From assembly GCA_040390065.1 (NCBI GenBank), contig JAZJZE010000009.1, positions 410,930 to 474,929 of the forward strand: a stretch of DNA of 64,000 nucleotides. Reading direction: 5' to 3'. The notes under the pieces are model-generated. The model saw only the letters and a list, made by a program, of their open reading frames with translations, did not search any database and was not told the DNA's origin. Made by a program: the position numbers and the translations under genes. This document shows, in pieces, positions 21,133 to 30,984 of this stretch (positions within the stretch are counted from its first letter, which is position 1; every line of letters begins with the position of its first letter). Source of the stretch: a bacterium (GTDB lineage Archaea; Thermoplasmatota; E2; JACPAO01; JAHFTW01).

Positions 21133-22866
21133 TCAGGCGTGCAACCAGACGCCGCGCTCGGCCGACTCGATGCGCACGAAGCCGAAGCGTTCGAACTGAA
21201 CGACCTTGCCGACGTGCGCCGTCGCCGCGGGCTCGACCATGCCGGAGATTTCCTGCAGCGCCGGGATGGCGTCGTCGGGGGCATCCTCGGCGAGGATCTC
21301 GGGCTTGAGAACGATGAACGGCGCGGCTTGGTCGACCGGTAGCCACTGCACGATGGCAACGCTGCGGTCCATCTCTTCCCCATCGTACACTGCCGTGTCG
21401 TTCGGCTCGGTCTTGATGTTGCCCAAGTCCTTGAGGCGCAGCCGGGGAGCCAAGTCGCGCATGGAGACGTAGACGCCGCGCGATGCCCGCAGTTCGCGTG
21501 ACCCGCGCTCGGGGTGGCTCGGATGGACGAGGGGCTTTGCGACGCGGGCCGGCAGCCCCTCGACGTGCAATTCCTGGGGATCTGGCACGAAGAAGTAGCG
21601 CGACGCAGCGGGGTCGATGACCTTTGCATCCTCGGCGTCGAGGTTCGAAAGCGACACAGCGATGTCCTTCTCGGTCAGGCCAAGCGACACCCAGAAGGCC
21701 TTGATGGCGCCGGGGTCGTAGCCGCGGCGGCGGAGTGCTGCGAGGCAGGGAAGCCGCGGGTCGTCCCAACCCATGAACTTGCCCGCCTCGATGCTGCGGC
21801 GCATGCCGGACGTGGAGAACTTGCCGAACTCGTGCACAGACACGCGACCCCAGTACAGCGTCTCCGGGTAAGTCCAGCCCATGTGGTCGTAGAGGAACTT
21901 CTGCTTGCGCGTCGAATCCATGAGGTCCTTGCCGCGGATGACGTGCGTCACACCTTGAAGGTGGTCCTCGATGGCGGACTCGAAGTCGAGAAGCGGCCAC
22001 GCATGGTGGCGCGGAATCTGGCCCGCCTTCTCGCGCGGGTGGACGGCGTCGTCGGCGATGACACGGAACGCCGTCCAGTCGCGCAGCGCCGGGTCCTTGT
22101 GCGCGATGTCGGTCTTGACGCGCAGCACGGCGCCGCCTTTCTTCGTTTCACCCGCGACCATCGCGCGGAAACCCTCAAGGCTCGCGGCGGGCGCAGCGTC
22201 GCGGTGGACGCAGGCTTCACGCCGTTCCTTCTTGGCGCGCCACTCCTCGGCCTCGCAGTCGCAGACGTATGCCCCACCGACCTTGATGAGGTCCACGGCA
22301 GCAGCCTGGTAGATGCCGATGCGGTCGCTCGCCGTGACTTCGCGGCTCGGCTTGCGCCCGACGAGCCAGAGGAAGTCCTCGCGGATCATGTCGTAGCCGT
22401 TCCAGCCGCGGCGCTCATCCCACAACGGCGGCTTCACTTGCGGGTCCGTGTCGTCGAAGCGGAGAATCAATTCTGCGTCGTACATGCGCTGGTACTCCGC
22501 GAGAATGGACACACCGCGCGAATGCCCCAACGACAGCGGGCCATTCGGGTTTGGCGCGAATCGCATCACGACCCTGCCCTTGACGTTGGGCAATTCCTTC
22601 AGGCCCTTTCGTTGCTCTTTCTTCTGCACGTTGACGAGTTCCGGGGCCTCGGCCGAGAGCGCTGCGACTTGCTCGTCCAGGCTCATCGCATTCACGGCTG
22701 CTCCGGCGGCGTCCAGGGCGGCGGCCACGGCGCGCGGGTCAGTACGGAATTCCGGGTGGCCCCCCATGACGCGGCCGACGAGGCCCTTTGGCTCGCACTT
22801 GCCCGCATGCTGGACGGCGTTCTGCAGGCAGAAGCGACGTGCGACGACCTCCAGCGGCAGGCTCAC
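21133..22866 (-). CDS. gltX: Glutamate--tRNA ligase (archaeal type)
   Basis: RFAPNPNGPLSLGHSRG, LRFDDTDP, THVIRGKD, GWDDPRLP; archaeal N-terminal domain; TATA-like CTTAAA about 27 nt upstream. Confidence 0.96.
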   Translation of the reverse strand: MSLPLEVVARRFCLQNAVQHAGKCEPKGLVGRVMGGHPEFRTDPRAVAAALDAAGAAVNAMSLDEQVAALSAEAPELVNVQKKEQRKGLKELPNVKGRVVMRFAPNPNGPLSLGHSRGVSILAEYQRMYDAELILRFDDTDPQVKPPLWDERRGWNGYDMIREDFLWLVGRKPSREVTASDRIGIYQAAAVDLIKVGGAYVCDCEAEEWRAKKERREACVHRDAAPAASLEGFRAMVAGETKKGGAVLRVKTDIAHKDPALRDWTAFRVIADDAVHPREKAGQIPRHHAWPLLDFESAIEDHLQGVTHVIRGKDLMDSTRKQKFLYDHMGWTYPETLYWGRVSVHEFGKFSTSGMRRSIEAGKFMGWDDPRLPCLAALRRRGYDPGAIKAFWVSLGLTEKDIAVSLSNLDAEDAKVIDPAASRYFFVPDPQELHVEGLPARVAKPLVHPSHPERGSRELRASRGVYVSMRDLAPRLRLKDLGNIKTEPNDTAVYDGEEMDRSVAIVQWLPVDQAAPFIVLKPEILAEDAPDDAIPALQEISGMVEPAATAHVGKVVQFERFGFVRIESAERGVWLHA

Positions 22867-22929
22867 GCGTGCGGCGACTTCGCGATGCGATTTAAGCCGG
22901 AGGGCAAGCCTGAACGGAGGCCAACCCAC

Positions 22930-22980
22930 GGTGTGGGAGGCCTCGGATTCCAGGGATTTTGGCGATTCCGGGGAATTGCA
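22930..22980. repeat. 50-bp inverted repeat, left copy
   Basis: About 45/51 identical to the reverse complement of 25405-25454. Confidence 0.8.
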
Positions 22981-23078
22981 TCCGCGGCCGGTGGGGCACG
23001 AAACCACGGCCTTCTGGAAAATGGGGGGAAGGAGGGGGTGCGGCGCCCGTGCCTTGGGCCAGGTTCGCGTCAAGCCCT

Positions 23079-24347
23079 CTAGCTTTGGTAGTACTCGCCG
23101 TCGGCCTCCACTGTAGGTGCGTCGGTACCCCATGCCCAAAGCTGAGCCCGAGTATAGTGCCCGGCAGGAGGCGGCTGGAGGTAGAAGTCTACGGCAAAGG
23201 CGTTGGCCGCTTGCAGGGTATCCCCCTGAGAATAGACTTGCTTGCTCCACACGCGTGAATTCCCCGCGTCAAAGCCCATCATCATCGTCAGCCCTGTCAC
23301 TGGCGCGCTTCCGACATTCGTAACCTCTGCGTGGAAGTGCCAAGCGCCGTTCTGATAGTCGGGCGCGTCAAAGTGGAGGTTCGACAGCACGGCCTTCGGC
23401 GTCAGCGGCAGTACGTTTGCCGAGTAGCCCTTCGTCATCTTCGGCATTTGCCCAATGCCATAGTATTGGTAGGCGCCGTGCGTCGTCTCCGCGTAGTAGT
23501 AGCGGCCCCCGTGGTAGTCATAGTAAGAACCTTGGGTGGAAGGGTCGGCCAGGACGCCGACCGCCATGTGTGGACTGCCGGGCGAGTTGCTGGAATCTGG
23601 GTCAGGGTTCGTGTGTGGGAATTGCAGCAGAACCGCCCCGTATCCGAGTCCTGCCATGAGACTGGCAAACAGAATCGAGGTGTCCTCACAATCGCCTGTT
23701 TCGTCGTACACGGTTTCGACTGGGAACCGCGGATACTCGTCGTACCCGGAACTCGCGAGGTCCGTGGTGTACGGGATGGCCTGAACGAAATGCAGCGTGA
23801 ACTCAGCCATTTGCCAGGGGGCGTACCCCTCGGATGCCCCAGCGCTCTCGAGGAGACAAACCAGTGCTGAAATGAATGGGGCCTCGTAGGGGTCCGTGGC
23901 GAAAACCGCAAAGTTGTAGGCGTTGTACGTGCGATCCCGCTGTTGGAACACAGCCTTTACCTCAGTCGGAATCAACGGGTCCCAAGTCCAATCCTTTCCA
24001 CCGTAGGTCCAGGCGAAGTGAAGCTGCTTGTACGCGGACGGGTCCGGCGGCGGGGAGGCCGATTGGTCTGATGAGGAATCGGTGGGCGTCGTGCACGAAT
24101 AGTATCGCGACGAGTCCTGCGTTGACGCCGAGGGGCCATGGCCTTCGGGCGAGTTCGTGGCGGGGGCCGACGTAGGAGACGTGGTTGGCGCCGCCTGGCT
24201 GTACGTAGGTCCGCTTACCGGAGGATTGACGGGCGGAGGGGCAACGTAGGGGGGCGGAACCTCGTGCAGGTTAGAAGGGCCGTCGCTGACGCACCCCGAT
24301 AGGCTCGTGGAAAGCACGCCGAGAATCAGGAAGAGCGCGCCTTTCAT
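23079..24347 (-). CDS. Lipoprotein with transglutaminase-like (Cys protease) domain
   Basis: Lipobox SLSGC; FVQAIPY, GDCEDTSIL, HMAVGV and YYYAETT motifs. Confidence 0.82.
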   Translation of the reverse strand: MKGALFLILGVLSTSLSGCVSDGPSNLHEVPPPYVAPPPVNPPVSGPTYSQAAPTTSPTSAPATNSPEGHGPSASTQDSSRYYSCTTPTDSSSDQSASPPPDPSAYKQLHFAWTYGGKDWTWDPLIPTEVKAVFQQRDRTYNAYNFAVFATDPYEAPFISALVCLLESAGASEGYAPWQMAEFTLHFVQAIPYTTDLASSGYDEYPRFPVETVYDETGDCEDTSILFASLMAGLGYGAVLLQFPHTNPDPDSSNSPGSPHMAVGVLADPSTQGSYYDYHGGRYYYAETTHGAYQYYGIGQMPKMTKGYSANVLPLTPKAVLSNLHFDAPDYQNGAWHFHAEVTNVGSAPVTGLTMMMGFDAGNSRVWSKQVYSQGDTLQAANAFAVDFYLQPPPAGHYTRAQLWAWGTDAPTVEADGEYYQS

Positions 24348-24360
24348 AGGGAAAAAACCA

Positions 24361-25260
24361 TCACCGCACCCATGAACTGGACGTGACGGACGCCGACCCA
24401 CCATCGTGTTCCGCCAGGAAGACCGAATAGCTGCCGACAGGGAGCGAGACGCTTCGGCGTCCTTGAACCTTGGAGGATTCGGCGAAAAAGCAGTTGACGG
24501 ACTGGTGGTTTCCGAAAGCCTGCGCGTCAGACGGGTACGCCAAGCACAGGTCGACCGGGTCGTGATTCCCCGACACGTACGCGAAGGTGTAGGTAGCCGC
24601 TTCTGTGAGCACGAAATCGTAATGGGCATACGTGCCGGTCTCGACTTGGTCGGTGCGACTTTGGTGTAGAACCCGCGCACCGGCCGGGGGAGTCAGGAGG
24701 CTGTAGTCCAACGGCGTGTTGTCAACAGGCGCAACGTTGGTGGCGAGTACAAAGACGACCACCGCTGCAACCACCACGATAGGGACAATCAGCACCAGGG
24801 TCTTCCCCAAGAGGCGCCCACGGTCGGCTTTAGAGTAGCCCGTAAGCCCCCCATTGGCCGCACCAATCTGTTTGAGCGCTTTTCGTCCTTCGGTCCACGC
24901 GGCGATGCCGAATCCGAGCCCAATCGTGCCGACAAAACGCAGGGGGTTGTTGCTCGTGGGCGCAAAGAAGGCGACAGCCACGGAGACAAGGAAGAGGGCC
25001 CAGCCAGTAATCCCGTACCCCTGGGCCTTGCCGGCCAAGACCAGCTCTTGCGGGGGCGCAGGAAGGGGCCGGAGCGGAGCCGCGGGAGGCGTCGGGACGG
25101 CTTGGCGCAGCGCGGCCGGTGCCTGCTGAGCCGCTGGGGCCCAAACCTCCTGAACCTGGACACGTCCCGTGTTCAGGCACATGGGGCATTGCAGCCCCCG
25201 AGGTGTTTGACGCGGCGTCGTCGGGTTGTGGCAGTAGGGGCATACCCGCTGCGCGTCCAT
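24361..25260 (-). CDS. Zinc-ribbon membrane protein with C-terminal extracellular beta domain
   Basis: CPYC...CPMC, Pro-rich linker, about 3 TM helices; TTTATA about 25 nt upstream. Confidence 0.75.
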   Translation of the reverse strand: MDAQRVCPYCHNPTTPRQTPRGLQCPMCLNTGRVQVQEVWAPAAQQAPAALRQAVPTPPAAPLRPLPAPPQELVLAGKAQGYGITGWALFLVSVAVAFFAPTSNNPLRFVGTIGLGFGIAAWTEGRKALKQIGAANGGLTGYSKADRGRLLGKTLVLIVPIVVVAAVVVFVLATNVAPVDNTPLDYSLLTPPAGARVLHQSRTDQVETGTYAHYDFVLTEAATYTFAYVSGNHDPVDLCLAYPSDAQAFGNHQSVNCFFAESSKVQGRRSVSLPVGSYSVFLAEHDGGSASVTSSSWVR

Positions 25261-25404
25261 GGCCGGCGACCTCATTCTGTCTATAAAGCACGGGCCGGCT
25301 CCGGAGAAATGGGCGGCACGCCTTAGGGTCCCCATCGTCGCCCTCCCACGGTCTGCCCTGCGCTCCTATCCCAAGAGCTTGTCCCAATCATTCCATTCGT
25401 CCAC

Positions 25405-25454
25405 TGCATTCCCCGAAATCCTCCAAATCCCTGGAATCCGGGGCCTCCCACACC
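25405..25454. repeat. 50-bp inverted repeat, right copy
   Basis: Reverse complement of 22930-22980. Confidence 0.8.
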
Positions 25455-25489
25455 CGCCGTCGCGCTAAAATCCTCCAGCGCATCCCGAC

Positions 25490-26488
25490 GTGAAAATGGA
25501 TGCCATCCTCCTCGCCGGCGGTTATGGGACTCGCCTGCGCCCGCTTACGTACACGCGCCCGAAGCCGCTTCTGCCGGTCGCGGGTCGCCCCATGGTGGAA
25601 TGGGTCCTCGACCGCTTGCCGCCCGAGGTGCACCGCGTCATCGTGGCCGTTAACTGGAAGGCGCAGGCGCTTGGCGCGTATTTCCAGGACCGCGAGCCGA
25701 AGAAGGGCCAGCGCTTGGAGTTCGTCGTCGTGCGCGAGGATGAGCCGCTGGGGACTGCGGGCGCGGTCAAGAATTGCGAGCGCAACCTGACCGGCGACCG
25801 CTTCTTCGTGCTGAACGCCGACATCGTGTCCGACATGGACCTCGGCGCCATGCTGCGGGCGCACAAGGCGCACGGCGGCCCCGGCACGATTGCACTCAAG
25901 GAAGTCCCGGCCGCCGACGTCGTCAACTTCGGCGTCATCGAGCCCGGCGAACAAGTCGAGACGGGCGCAATCCCCATCAAGGGTTTCGTCGAGAAGCCAA
26001 AGGACCCTGCCCTCGCGCCGAGCCGCCTCATCAACGCGGGAGCGTACCTTCTCGAACGCAACGTCCTCGACCTCATCACCCCCGGCAAACTCGTGTCCAT
26101 GGAGAAAGAGATCTTCCCGCACTTGATTCCCCGCGGCTTCTACGGGATGCCCATGGATGGCAAGTGGGTGGACGTCGGCGACCCGGCGCGCCTGCTTGCC
26201 GCAAGTCGGCTCCTCGACCCATCGTTCGTGGCTGGACCGCGCTGCCGCATCGACGCATCCGCCCGCCTCGACGGCTCGCTTGCTGGCAAGGATTGCTGGA
26301 TCGGCCCCGACTGCCTCGTTGAACGGACGGTCCTGGGCGACAACGTGACAGTCAAGGCAGGCGTCAAGCTCGTCGATTGCATCGTCGGCGACGGCGAAGT
26401 CGTCGGCGAGGACGCAACCTCGAAGCGCATCTGGTCGAAGCCGGTTCCCGCAGGGTACCCGGCGCAGCAAGTCGGCAACGCGCTGTAG
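25490..26488 (+). CDS. NDP-sugar pyrophosphorylase (mannose-1-phosphate guanylyltransferase-like)
   Basis: LAGGYGTRLRPLT..PKPLLPV, EPLGTAG, INAGAY; C-terminal hexapeptide repeats. Confidence 0.93.
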   Translation: MKMDAILLAGGYGTRLRPLTYTRPKPLLPVAGRPMVEWVLDRLPPEVHRVIVAVNWKAQALGAYFQDREPKKGQRLEFVVVREDEPLGTAGAVKNCERNLTGDRFFVLNADIVSDMDLGAMLRAHKAHGGPGTIALKEVPAADVVNFGVIEPGEQVETGAIPIKGFVEKPKDPALAPSRLINAGAYLLERNVLDLITPGKLVSMEKEIFPHLIPRGFYGMPMDGKWVDVGDPARLLAASRLLDPSFVAGPRCRIDASARLDGSLAGKDCWIGPDCLVERTVLGDNVTVKAGVKLVDCIVGDGEVVGEDATSKRIWSKPVPAGYPAQQVGNAL

Positions 26489-26491
26489 ACG

Positions 26492-27478
26492 CTACTCGTC
26501 CAACGACCCGGCGAGTTGCGGTTCGACATGGCCTACCTCGAGTCCCGCATGGTTGCGCAACGTCGGCCGGATGTGCGGCGCCAAGGAGGCCTCCTGCGCC
26601 TCCGTCAGCCAGCCGGCCTCCGCCATGACGGCCAGTGCCACGGCCCGCGCTGGCTGCGACGTGCCGGCATCGAGCTTCACGGCGATGGCTTCGCCTGTCC
26701 GGCGGTCCACGGCCCCGACCACTCCCAACGCGCCGTACTTGGACACCAAGTGGCCCTCGGTCAGGCGCGGAAGGTCCGTGTCCGAGTTGCCCGTGCCGCC
26801 GACCATCTCGGGCCGGTTCGCCATGGCCTCGAGCACGCGAAGCGCGGGGGCCTCGCCGGAACGTTGCAGCCATTGGAACGAGCGGGCGAGCGACGCAACT
26901 GGCAGGAAGAACGTCGGCAGGCTGCAGCCGTCGACGCCGAAGGGGACGTCCGCCGCGTCGAGGCCGGCGGCCCGGGCCACCCAGCCGCGGATCTCGACTT
27001 GCAGCGGGTGCGAAGCCTCCAGGTAGCCATCGACGGGCCAGCCGCGGTGCTTGCAGGTGGCCACCATGGCGGCGTGCTTGCCGCTGCAGTTGTTGTGGAT
27101 GGCCGTCCAGCCGCCGGCCGGCATCGGCCCCGCCAGCGCCCCTGGGTCATGCACACCGCACTTGAGGTCGGCCACCTGCAGGCCGGCGGCGGTGAGAGTG
27201 TGCAGGGCCGCCTCCACGTGCATGGGCTCGGCGGCATGCGACCCGCACGCGACGGCCAACTCCGCATCGCCAATGTCAAAGGACGCCATCGCGCCCGACG
27301 CGACGAACGGCAGCGCCTGGAAGGGCTTGGCGGCCGAGCGCCAATAGGTCGGCTGTTCCGGCGTCCCCCACGACCGCACCACATGGCCGTCGCGCCCCAA
27401 CAGGATGGCGTGCCCGGTGTGGACGGCTTGCACGCGGCCGCTTCGCGTTTCGACGGCCAGGACCGGCCCAGGCTGCAC
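26492..27478 (-). CDS. Class 3 (Rhizobium etli-type) L-asparaginase family protein
   Basis: RSAAKPFQA, CGSH, NNCSGKH and DGC motifs. Confidence 0.9.
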   Translation of the reverse strand: MQPGPVLAVETRSGRVQAVHTGHAILLGRDGHVVRSWGTPEQPTYWRSAAKPFQALPFVASGAMASFDIGDAELAVACGSHAAEPMHVEAALHTLTAAGLQVADLKCGVHDPGALAGPMPAGGWTAIHNNCSGKHAAMVATCKHRGWPVDGYLEASHPLQVEIRGWVARAAGLDAADVPFGVDGCSLPTFFLPVASLARSFQWLQRSGEAPALRVLEAMANRPEMVGGTGNSDTDLPRLTEGHLVSKYGALGVVGAVDRRTGEAIAVKLDAGTSQPARAVALAVMAEAGWLTEAQEASLAPHIRPTLRNHAGLEVGHVEPQLAGSLDE

Positions 27479-27584
27479 GCTGCGTCCACGGATGTGGCTG
27501 CCTTAACGCTGGCGCACGGGCCCGACCCAACCGTGGGCGGCACCAACGTTGAAGTGGGCGACGTTGCTTGCGGCTTGGTTCCCC

Positions 27585-27932
27585 ATGCGCTTTGCCCTGC
27601 TCTCGGCCCTCCTTCTGCTCTGTGTCACCGTGATGGCCGGTTGCTCCGGCTCCACGACGACGTCCAACCCGTCCGGCGACCAGAACTCGGCCGTGGCCAT
27701 CCGGGACTTCAACTTCAACCCGACCACGGTCAACATCCACAAGGGCTCCGCCGTGCCGTGGACCAACACTGGCGGCGCGACCCACACGGTCACGGCCAAC
27801 GACGGCTCGTTCGACTCCGGCAACATCGCGGCTGGCGGCAGCTACAGCCACACGTTCGATGCCGTCGGCACCTTCGCGTACCATTGCAAGCTCCATGCGA
27901 GCATGACGGGCACGATCACGGTCACCGCGTAG
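27585..27932 (+). CDS. Cupredoxin (plastocyanin/amicyanin-like) lipoprotein
   Basis: Lipobox MAGC; type-1 Cu ligands HTVT...YHCKLH..M. Confidence 0.9.
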   Translation: MRFALLSALLLLCVTVMAGCSGSTTTSNPSGDQNSAVAIRDFNFNPTTVNIHKGSAVPWTNTGGATHTVTANDGSFDSGNIAAGGSYSHTFDAVGTFAYHCKLHASMTGTITVTA

Positions 27933-27986
27933 CGGCACCCGCCCGGGCAACGTTGAAGAGGCTCCCGCGAGTGCGAACGCGTTCCC

Positions 27987-28328
27987 ATGCGTCTTGCCGT
28001 CGCCATCCCTCTGGTCGTGCTCACGTTCTCCATCCTCGCCGGCTGCTCCGGTTCGAGCGGCCCGACCGTCGCCGTCCAGACCGTCAACGTCAAGATCAAC
28101 GCCGCGGGGTTCTACCCGGTCGAGGTGTTCATCCACGTCGGCTCGAGCGTTGCCTGGAAGAACACGGACACGGTCGTGCACACCGTCACCGCCGACGCCG
28201 GCGCCTTCGACTCAGGCAACCTGGCAAGCGGCGGCTCCTTCACGCAGACGTTCCAGAACGCGGGCACATTTGCCTACCACTGCAAGGTCCACGCGCGGAT
28301 GACGGGCACGGTCACCGTCTCCGCGTAA
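27987..28328 (+). CDS. Cupredoxin lipoprotein (tandem paralog)
   Basis: Lipobox LAGC; HTVT...YHCKVH..M. Confidence 0.9.
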   Translation: MRLAVAIPLVVLTFSILAGCSGSSGPTVAVQTVNVKINAAGFYPVEVFIHVGSSVAWKNTDTVVHTVTADAGAFDSGNLASGGSFTQTFQNAGTFAYHCKVHARMTGTVTVSA

Positions 28329-28332
28329 GGCG

Positions 28333-29280
28333 TCAACCGGCGGTCCCGACCTGCTTGCTCACTACGGCGGGTAGCACGTGAGCTGCACCGCAGATGTCAG
28401 CCATGGACGACACGCCCTCCCGCGTCATCCACGCCTCGAGGTCCGCGGCAATCGTCCGGAAGACGCCCCAACCCTCGTGCATGACGGCCGTGCCGACTTG
28501 GAACGCGCTCGCCCCGGCCATCGCGTACTCGAGGACGTCGCGGGCAGTGTAGATGCCCCCCGAAGCGATGATGGGGACGCCGAGCCTGGCCGCATGACAG
28601 TCCCAGACGGCGCGCAGGGCGACGGGCTTCAGGGCGTGCCCGGACAGGCCGCCCACGCGGTTGCCCAGGACTGGCCGCCGCACGTCCGGCTCGATTGCGA
28701 TGGCCTTCAGGGTGTTCGTGGCGACGAGCGCATCGGCGCCGGCGTCGACTGCCGCCTTGGCAAGCCGGGCGACGTCATCCGTGTTGGGCGTGAGCTTGAC
28801 CCAGACGGGCACCTTGACGGCTGCCTTGACGGCGCGCACGACGCCCTCGAGACGCAGCGGGTCGCAGCCGATCTCCGAGCCGTAGCCCTTGGCGTGCGGG
28901 CAGGAGACGTTTAGTTCGAGGATCGGCGTTCCGAGCGCCGCCATGCGCGTCGCTGCGTGGGCAAACTCCTCTGCGGAGCCGCCGAAGATGCTGCCGACGA
29001 GGACGGCGCCCGCGCGTTGGGCGATGCGCACTTCCTCGGCGAAGTGGTCGAGGCCAGGCCCCGGGAGGCCCATGGCGTTGAGGAGGCCGCCCTCGACCTC
29101 GACGACGTTGGGGCCCGGGTGGCCGTTGCGCGGCTGCAGGCTCATCGACTTCGTCACGACGCCGCCTGCGCCCTCCCGGACGGCGCGGGCCATGCTGGCA
29201 CCCGTCTCGTTCAGGATGCCGCTTGCAAGGAGGAACGGATTGGGGAAGCGCACGCCGTTGACGGTGGTGGCGAGGTCCAC
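28333..29280 (-). CDS. pyrD: Dihydroorotate dehydrogenase (family 1)
   Basis: NPFLLASG, NAMGL, ELNVSCPH, VKLTPN, GGLSG motifs. Confidence 0.95.
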   Translation of the reverse strand: MDLATTVNGVRFPNPFLLASGILNETGASMARAVREGAGGVVTKSMSLQPRNGHPGPNVVEVEGGLLNAMGLPGPGLDHFAEEVRIAQRAGAVLVGSIFGGSAEEFAHAATRMAALGTPILELNVSCPHAKGYGSEIGCDPLRLEGVVRAVKAAVKVPVWVKLTPNTDDVARLAKAAVDAGADALVATNTLKAIAIEPDVRRPVLGNRVGGLSGHALKPVALRAVWDCHAARLGVPIIASGGIYTARDVLEYAMAGASAFQVGTAVMHEGWGVFRTIAADLEAWMTREGVSSMADICGAAHVLPAVVSKQVGTAG

Positions 29281-29364
29281 GGCGGCCGGCAGGCCGGGGC
29301 GCCACTTGAAGGTGGCCGCCGTCGCGACCCCAAGGCTCAAGACCCGCCGGCCAGATTGCGCGGC

Positions 29365-30450
29365 GTGGAGTCCAGACTGCTTGCTGCAACGACGATTGTG
29401 GCTCTCTTCCTCCTCGCGGGTTGCGTGGCGCCGCCACCGTGCCACGTCCCCTTCGAGCCGACCTACGCTGCGGTGGGGACGCCGGCCGAAGGCGGCGTTG
29501 GGGACAGGCTGCTGCAGGTCACGGTCCTGGAGGACGTGGCCCGGCCAGACACGCGCACCATCCACGTCCTCTGGCCGCGTGATGGCGTGTGGCCCGACGT
29601 CAACGCCACGTCGTCGCACATCGTGCTGCGCGTCTTGGCCCTGCAGAGCGCGGCCGGCATCTTCACGGCCCACGTCCCGTCGGACCGTTCCCTGCGCATC
29701 GTAGCAGCAGGCTCCCTAGCGACCATGTCCCAGATGACGGCCCAGGAGATCCCGGCCGGCACGGCGCCCGTGGACCTCACGATGCGCCTGTTACAGCCCC
29801 GCTTGACGGTCATGCTTGACGGGATGTGGTCCGGCCCGCAGGCGACCCTGTATGTGCCCCCGTACACCAACGTACAGTGGGACCCCCACCCCATCGAATT
29901 CAACGCCGACCCCGCCTGGAGCGAAGCCTACACGCGCAGCCTCCGCCACTTCTCCGCCACCCTGTCGTGGACCAACGGCGCGCAGGGTATCGCCAGCTTC
30001 GGCGTCGCGGCCGACCTCAACGGCGGGGACGCGGACAACTGCTCGTTCCAGGACGGCCGGGACGAGACGACCTCGCCCGGGCTGCAGAAGGAGGGGTTCG
30101 ACACGGACGACACGAGCCAGGGCACCTTCTGCTTCACGCCGACTCCACTCGGGCCGGACCGCCCGGTCGTGTACATCGGGCCGGCCACGCCGCAGGCCGC
30201 GGTCGGACTGCTGGCCCTGCCCTACTCCATCGACGTCACCGCCCAGTTCGACTCCTCGGCCGACCTCCTGCAGGGCTGCACGGTCGGCAACGACCAAGGC
30301 GTCACCCTCGAGTTCATGGACGCCAAGACGGGCGAGATCACCTCCACGCAGGCCGGGCCGACGTACAGTGCGCCGCCGGCCGGCCTCCTCATGGTCGCGG
30401 GTGTCATCGCCCTCGCCGCGTTGGCCCGCCGCGGCCGCGACGCCATGTGA
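29365..30450 (+). CDS. Lipoprotein with additional C-terminal TM/Arg tail
   Basis: LLAGC lipobox; ends SAPPAGLLMVAGVIALAALARRGR. Confidence 0.78.
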   Translation: MESRLLAATTIVALFLLAGCVAPPPCHVPFEPTYAAVGTPAEGGVGDRLLQVTVLEDVARPDTRTIHVLWPRDGVWPDVNATSSHIVLRVLALQSAAGIFTAHVPSDRSLRIVAAGSLATMSQMTAQEIPAGTAPVDLTMRLLQPRLTVMLDGMWSGPQATLYVPPYTNVQWDPHPIEFNADPAWSEAYTRSLRHFSATLSWTNGAQGIASFGVAADLNGGDADNCSFQDGRDETTSPGLQKEGFDTDDTSQGTFCFTPTPLGPDRPVVYIGPATPQAAVGLLALPYSIDVTAQFDSSADLLQGCTVGNDQGVTLEFMDAKTGEITSTQAGPTYSAPPAGLLMVAGVIALAALARRGRDAM

Positions 30451-30479
30451 CGGCGGAGATCCGCCGCCCCGCGGCCCTT

Positions 30480-30881
30480 CTACGGGACCGTCATGACCAT
30501 GGCCATGCCCGTGGTCATGGTCCCGTGAAAGCGGCACCAGACGTGGTACGTCCCTTTGGCCACGAAGGTGAAGATCGTGGTCTGGCCCGGCTGCAGGGTC
30601 TGGTTGAGAAGGGTCCCGGACAGCGGGTCGCCGACGTGGTGGATGGTGACGGTGTGGGCGTGGGCGCCGTCGTTGCGGAACGTCGTGGCGGTCCCAATCG
30701 AGACGGAGCGGTTTCCGTTGTCGAAGAAGTTGTCGCGCAGGGTCACCGTGTCCAGGCCACCGTTCGAGGATGACGTCGTGGTCGACGACGACGAGGAGGA
30801 GGACGAGGATGGTTCGCCGCCGAAGCATCCGGCAAGCGGGAACACGACAACAACGCACAACAGGGTAGCCGCGAGGCGCAT
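30480..30881 (-). CDS. Cupredoxin lipoprotein
   Basis: LAGC, Ser/Thr linker, HTVT...WCRFH....GM. Confidence 0.85.
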   Translation of the reverse strand: MRLAATLLCVVVVFPLAGCFGGEPSSSSSSSSSTTTSSSNGGLDTVTLRDNFFDNGNRSVSIGTATTFRNDGAHAHTVTIHHVGDPLSGTLLNQTLQPGQTTIFTFVAKGTYHVWCRFHGTMTTGMAMVMTVP

Positions 30882-30984
30882 GCCCCAGTCCATCCGGCGC
30901 CCAAATTCAAGTCTGTGGCCCCGGCAACGAAGCGTTTGCCTACCCGTCCACCACCGTTAAGGGGAAGGCCCCTGTGGACGCGCC

